Positions 60,591 to 64,000 of a DNA stretch of 64,000 nucleotides are shown here, one piece after another. How positions within the stretch are numbered: position 1 is the stretch's first letter; every line of letters begins with the position of its first letter. Source of the stretch: an uncultured Lachnospiraceae bacterium (GTDB taxonomy: Bacteria; Bacillota; Clostridia; Lachnospirales; Lachnospiraceae); contig CAJUIM010000002.1 of the NCBI GenBank assembly GCA_910586275.1, positions 3,832 to 67,831 of the forward strand. Reading direction: 5' to 3'. The notes beneath the pieces were generated by a model. That model searched no databases, was not told where the DNA came from, and saw only the letters and a list, made by a program, of their open reading frames with translations. The translations under genes were made by a program, and so were the position numbers.

Positions 60591-60893
60591 ATGAAAGATA
60601 TAAATAAAGATACGTTGGGCGAAGCCCTTGCCCGCAACACGCTGGATGACATCCCCCAGCCAAAAAGCGATGCCAAGGAGATTGTCGGCCTTGTGAAAAG
60701 CAGCGGGCGCATCACCGGCTACCAGCTTTCCGACGGTTCCACCGTTTCCAAAGAAAAAGGTGTCAGCCTTGCAAAAGAAGGCGAAATAAAAGGTGTGGGC
60801 ATAGCTCACAGAAAGGATACGGAATACCTGAAATCACTGCCGGATAATTCGGAAAACAACAACCTCGGCAACCTCCCTTCCATCTCGGGATAA
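60591..60893 (+). CDS. DUF3892-like protein
   Basis: GRITGYQLSDG...GEIKGV...EYLKSLPD..ENNNLGNLP; AAGGAG RBS. Confidence 0.8.
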   Translation: MKDINKDTLGEALARNTLDDIPQPKSDAKEIVGLVKSSGRITGYQLSDGSTVSKEKGVSLAKEGEIKGVGIAHRKDTEYLKSLPDNSENNNLGNLPSISG

Positions 60894-60970
60894 CAGCCGA
60901 TCAATCACTAAACAGACAGCAAAAGCAGGAAGCTGAGACATACAGCCTCCTGTTTTTATTTCCCTGGCAA

Positions 60971-61009
60971 AACCAGAGCGGGAATGAATTTTCAATCACG
61001 CTCTGGTTT
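60971..61009. repeat. MITE-end-derived hairpin between convergent genes
   Basis: AACCAGAGCG...GAATTTTCAATCACGCTCTGGTT. Confidence 0.6.
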
Positions 61010-61557
61010 CAGACGTTTTCAAACAATGCCTGCAATATCATAATATGATACTCCTCATCCAATATAATCCTTCTCAGAACAGCATTCACGCAGTCATCCC
61101 TTATCATGCCCATATGCATCTTATACTGACTGATGGCTGCCCGTTCTGACTCGATATCCGCCCATATCATCTTCTTTGCCTGCTCCGGTAAGTTCAGATA
61201 TTCCGGTGTCCACATTTTCTGCCGCCCGTTATTATTTCTTGCCGCAAAATCAATATCTCCGCCCAGCAGCACAATCAGTTCCCCCAGTTTCTGCAGATGC
61301 ATCATCTCCGCCATGGCAATTCCCAGCAAAGTCTTTGCCATAGGGCATTTCTCACAGGATAATCTGTTTTCATTATTGATATATTGTGCAATTGCCGACA
61401 ATTCCGATACGGCTCCGCAGTAATCAATACTGAGCAGATTGGCATAAGCCTGGTTTTCTTCCCTCGCCTCAATGGGCGGATAGGGCAGATCGGCCATAAT
61501 GGGTTTTATCCCCGAAAAGCTGCAGCCTCCAGACAGCACATTCCTTTTTTCTTCCAT
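61009..61557 (-). CDS. Ferritin-like / Mn-catalase-like protein
   Basis: SELSAIAQY, IAMAEMMH, ESE..AI..Y, IILDEEYH. Confidence 0.85.
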   Translation of the reverse strand: MEEKRNVLSGGCSFSGIKPIMADLPYPPIEAREENQAYANLLSIDYCGAVSELSAIAQYINNENRLSCEKCPMAKTLLGIAMAEMMHLQKLGELIVLLGGDIDFAARNNNGRQKMWTPEYLNLPEQAKKMIWADIESERAAISQYKMHMGMIRDDCVNAVLRRIILDEEYHIMILQALFENV

Positions 61558-61790
61558 ATACCTCACTCCTTTACCGCTTCAGCCCGGCCGGACACCGCCT
61601 CCGGGCCTTCTGCTTTTATATAATATATGGAATTTACATTATTTTGTGATGTATGCTCACTCTGCATTCACTGTATCCATTCTGTCATTAAGGCGTATTG
61701 TCAATGTGTACTGTCAATGCCTTCTGTGGATCTTTTACAATAAAATTGTTTTAACTACATCGGTTTGCCTGTTCCTGACCTATGAACCCC

Positions 61791-61850
61791 GGCATCTGCA
61801 CGCCCCAATTTGCACGAACATCTACCAGAAAGCAATTTTCAAACACGCTC
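61791..61850 (-). repeat. Internally deleted MITE copy
   Basis: GCATCTGCACGCCCCAATTTGC joined to CATCT...AGCAATTTTCAAACACGCTC. Confidence 0.75.
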
Positions 61851-61967
61851 CAGGAATTATAACTTGAAATATCAGAATTTTCCAATATGCCATCTTTATT
61901 ATTAGAAAATTTATATTTTTTCAAAAAATATATTGACAAATCTCTTTTCTGCCGCTATAATGAATTC

Positions 61968-62270
61968 ATAAACAAAAAGTTCACATAGATGCAACAAAAT
62001 ATAAAAGAAAGCGAGGTACGGACCACCGAAAACTTAAGCTAATTTCAAAGGAAACATATTCAGGTACGCAAAGAAAAGCAACGAGTAAGGACAGATAATT
62101 AATACAGAAATTTAACACCCGTTGCAGTACAAAAGTACAGATGAAAAGCGGAAAGGATATGGAAGAGAAAGCAATGAAAGAAAATGAATGAATAGGAGGT
62201 ATAGGCCAGTGGACAGCATAGTTTAGAAGCGGATATTAGTCACAGTGATTAATATCCGCTTCTTTGTTTT
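61968..62270 (+). ncRNA. Candidate ~300 nt A-rich sRNA
   Basis: Consensus TTGACA-17-TATAAT (61933-61961), no long ORF, long terminator hairpin 62225-62263 plus T tail. Confidence 0.55.
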
Positions 62271-62303
62271 CGTTTTATATTACTCTTTGCCTGTATTCAC
62301 ATT

Positions 62304-62495
62304 CTATACCGCAGCAATCTTCTGCATCAATGTTTCCGTGTCAATCCCATGCACCATTGCTGCCTCTTCCAAAGTCTCTCCCTGTGCGGAAGGACATCCA
62401 AGGCAATGCATGCCAATCTCCATAAGCACCGGTGCAATATTCGGATTTATGCTTAATGCCTCACCGATTGTAGTATTTTTCGTAATGTCTGCCAT
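62304..62495 (-). CDS. DUF1858 family protein
   Basis: [32 protein letters not shown]. Confidence 0.9.
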   Translation of the reverse strand: MADITKNTTIGEALSINPNIAPVLMEIGMHCLGCPSAQGETLEEAAMVHGIDTETLMQKIAAV

Positions 62496-62808
62496 AATAA
62501 TAGCCTCCTTTTTGTCAGTTACGGACATCTGTGCCATATATGCCGTTCCCATATGCCCGCCCCGTTTTTCGCAGTAAAATTTAGTGTAAACATCATTAGT
62601 ATAATACTTTCTCCCCATTCTTTCAACCTATTCCGATTTCTTAATAATTTTCACAAAAAATTCATAAAATAAATGCGAAAAACATACCGTATGTATAGAA
62701 AAAAGTACACTTCGTCGCTTGACGTTCCGGCTGTTTTTCAATTATAATGAGTATACAAGGTTAGTGCTTTATTAACAATCATATTATAAAAACAGGAGGC
62801 TTTTCAAA

Positions 62809-64000
62809 ATGAGACCAGAATGGAAAGATTTTGTAGGCGGCAAATGGGAAAATGAAGTTAACGTCCGTGACTTCATCCAGAAAAACTATCATCCTTATGA
62901 CGGGGATGAGGCCTTTTTAGCCGAAGCTACACAGAACACAAAAGACTTATGGGGCATGGTACTTGATTTGCAGAAGAAAGAACGTGAAGCAGGCGGAGTC
63001 CTTGACATGGACACGAAAGTTGTTTCCACCATTACTTCCCATGGTCCTGGCTACCTTGACAAAGACAAAGAAACTATCGTAGGTTTCCAGACAGACAAAC
63101 CTTTCAAACGTTCCCTGCAGCCTTACGGCGGTATCCGTATGGCGGAAAAAGCCTGCTCCGATAATGGTTACGAAGTAGATCCTGAAATCAGTGAGTTCTT
63201 CTCCACACACAGAAAGACCCACAATGCAGGATGCTTCGATGCTTACAATCAGGAAATGAGAGCATGCCGTTCTTCCCATATCATCACAGGACTTCCGGAT
63301 GCTTATGGACGCGGACGTATCATCGGCGACTACAGACGTGTTGCCCTGTACGGCATTGATTACCTGATTCAGGACAAACTGGCACAGAAAGATTCCACAG
63401 GACGTGTTATGACAGATGAAGTAATCCGTCTCCGTGAAGAAATTTCCGAGCAGATAGTTGCCCTTAAGATGATGAAGGAAATGGCTGCTTCTTACGGATG
63501 CGATATTTCTCAGCCTGCAACCAACGTAAAGGAAGCTATTCAGGCTACTTACTTCGGATACCTTTGCTCCGTAAAAGAGCAGAACGGCGCAGCTATGTCA
63601 CTTGGACGTACTTCTACTTTCATTGACTGCTATGCAGAAAGAGATTTGGCAAACGGAACCTTTACGGAAGAACAGATTCAGGAATTCGTTGATCACTTCA
63701 TCATGAAATTAAGATGCATCAAATTTGCGCGTACACCTGAATACAATCAGATTTTCGCAGGCGATCCGGTATGGGTAACAGAATCCCTCGGCGGTGTCGG
63801 CGTGGACGGACGTCCGATGGTAACAAAGACTTCTTTCCGTTACCTGCACACACTGACAAACCTTGGTCCTTCTCCGGAACCGAACCTGACAGTACTCTGG
63901 TCCACAAGGCTTCCTGAAAACTGGAAGAGATATTGTGCGAAGATGTCCATCCAGACTTCTTCCATCCAGTACGAGAACGATGATCTTATGAGAGTGACAC
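62809..64000 (+). CDS. pflB: Pyruvate formate-lyase (3' end outside window)
   Basis: Manual translation [34 protein letters not shown]...[25 protein letters not shown]...KEQNGAAMS. Confidence 0.95.
   Translation, partial: MRPEWKDFVGGKWENEVNVRDFIQKNYHPYDGDEAFLAEATQNTKDLWGMVLDLQKKEREAGGVLDMDTKVVSTITSHGPGYLDKDKETIVGFQTDKPFKRSLQPYGGIRMAEKACSDNGYEVDPEISEFFSTHRKTHNAGCFDAYNQEMRACRSSHIITGLPDAYGRGRIIGDYRRVALYGIDYLIQDKLAQKDSTGRVMTDEVIRLREEISEQIVALKMMKEMAASYGCDISQPATNVKEAIQATYFGYLCSVKEQNGAAMSLGRTSTFIDCYAERDLANGTFTEEQIQEFVDHFIMKLRCIKFARTPEYNQIFAGDPVWVTESLGGVGVDGRPMVTKTSFRYLHTLTNLGPSPEPNLTVLWSTRLPENWKRYCAKMSIQTSSIQYENDDLMRVT

Noticed and set aside
62640..62780. Rex operators upstream of pflB
   Set aside because: Half-sites TTCACAA and TTAACAA are present but the partner halves and spacing fit poorly

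Overview
Firmicutes chromosome segment; gene content suggests a Lachnospiraceae-like gut Clostridia (inference). Bases 1 to about 16,960 are the early half of a temperate prophage. Read right to left it carries a tyrosine integrase, a membrane protein, ImmA, CI and Cro switch genes, many small early genes, RecT, a RecE-like nuclease, an unexpected HerA-type ATPase, RusA, a DUF4373 replication initiator, a chimeric cytosine methyltransferase, an HNH nuclease and the terminase small subunit (cut by the window edge). The prophage ends at a displaced tRNA-Ser 3' fragment (att) at about 16,938-16,961. The rest is host DNA: oleate hydratase with TetR and a chemoreceptor, a NahK-like kinase, larE-larC-larB with a Ni/Co ECF transporter (no larA in the window), glnA, a TSUP exporter, a second chemoreceptor, an Fe-ADH, an N-glycan/mannoside utilisation locus (GH125, GH38, two-component system, ABC transporter, GH130, ROK), uvrC, ftsH, DUF1846 and the start of pflB. 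The most interesting signals are: (1) three counter-oriented single-gene prophage cassettes sharing a covarying leader hairpin with a conserved CYGMCA loop; (2) two predicted antisense-sRNA plus SD-sequestering switches, at the integrase and at a small membrane peptide; (3) a phage HerA ATPase coupled to RecT and a RecE-like nuclease; (4) an ORF-less ~300 nt promoter-to-terminator unit rich in GGA motifs; (5) a MITE family, with one copy nested in a ~470 bp palindrome. All product calls come from motif recognition by eye, not database searches.
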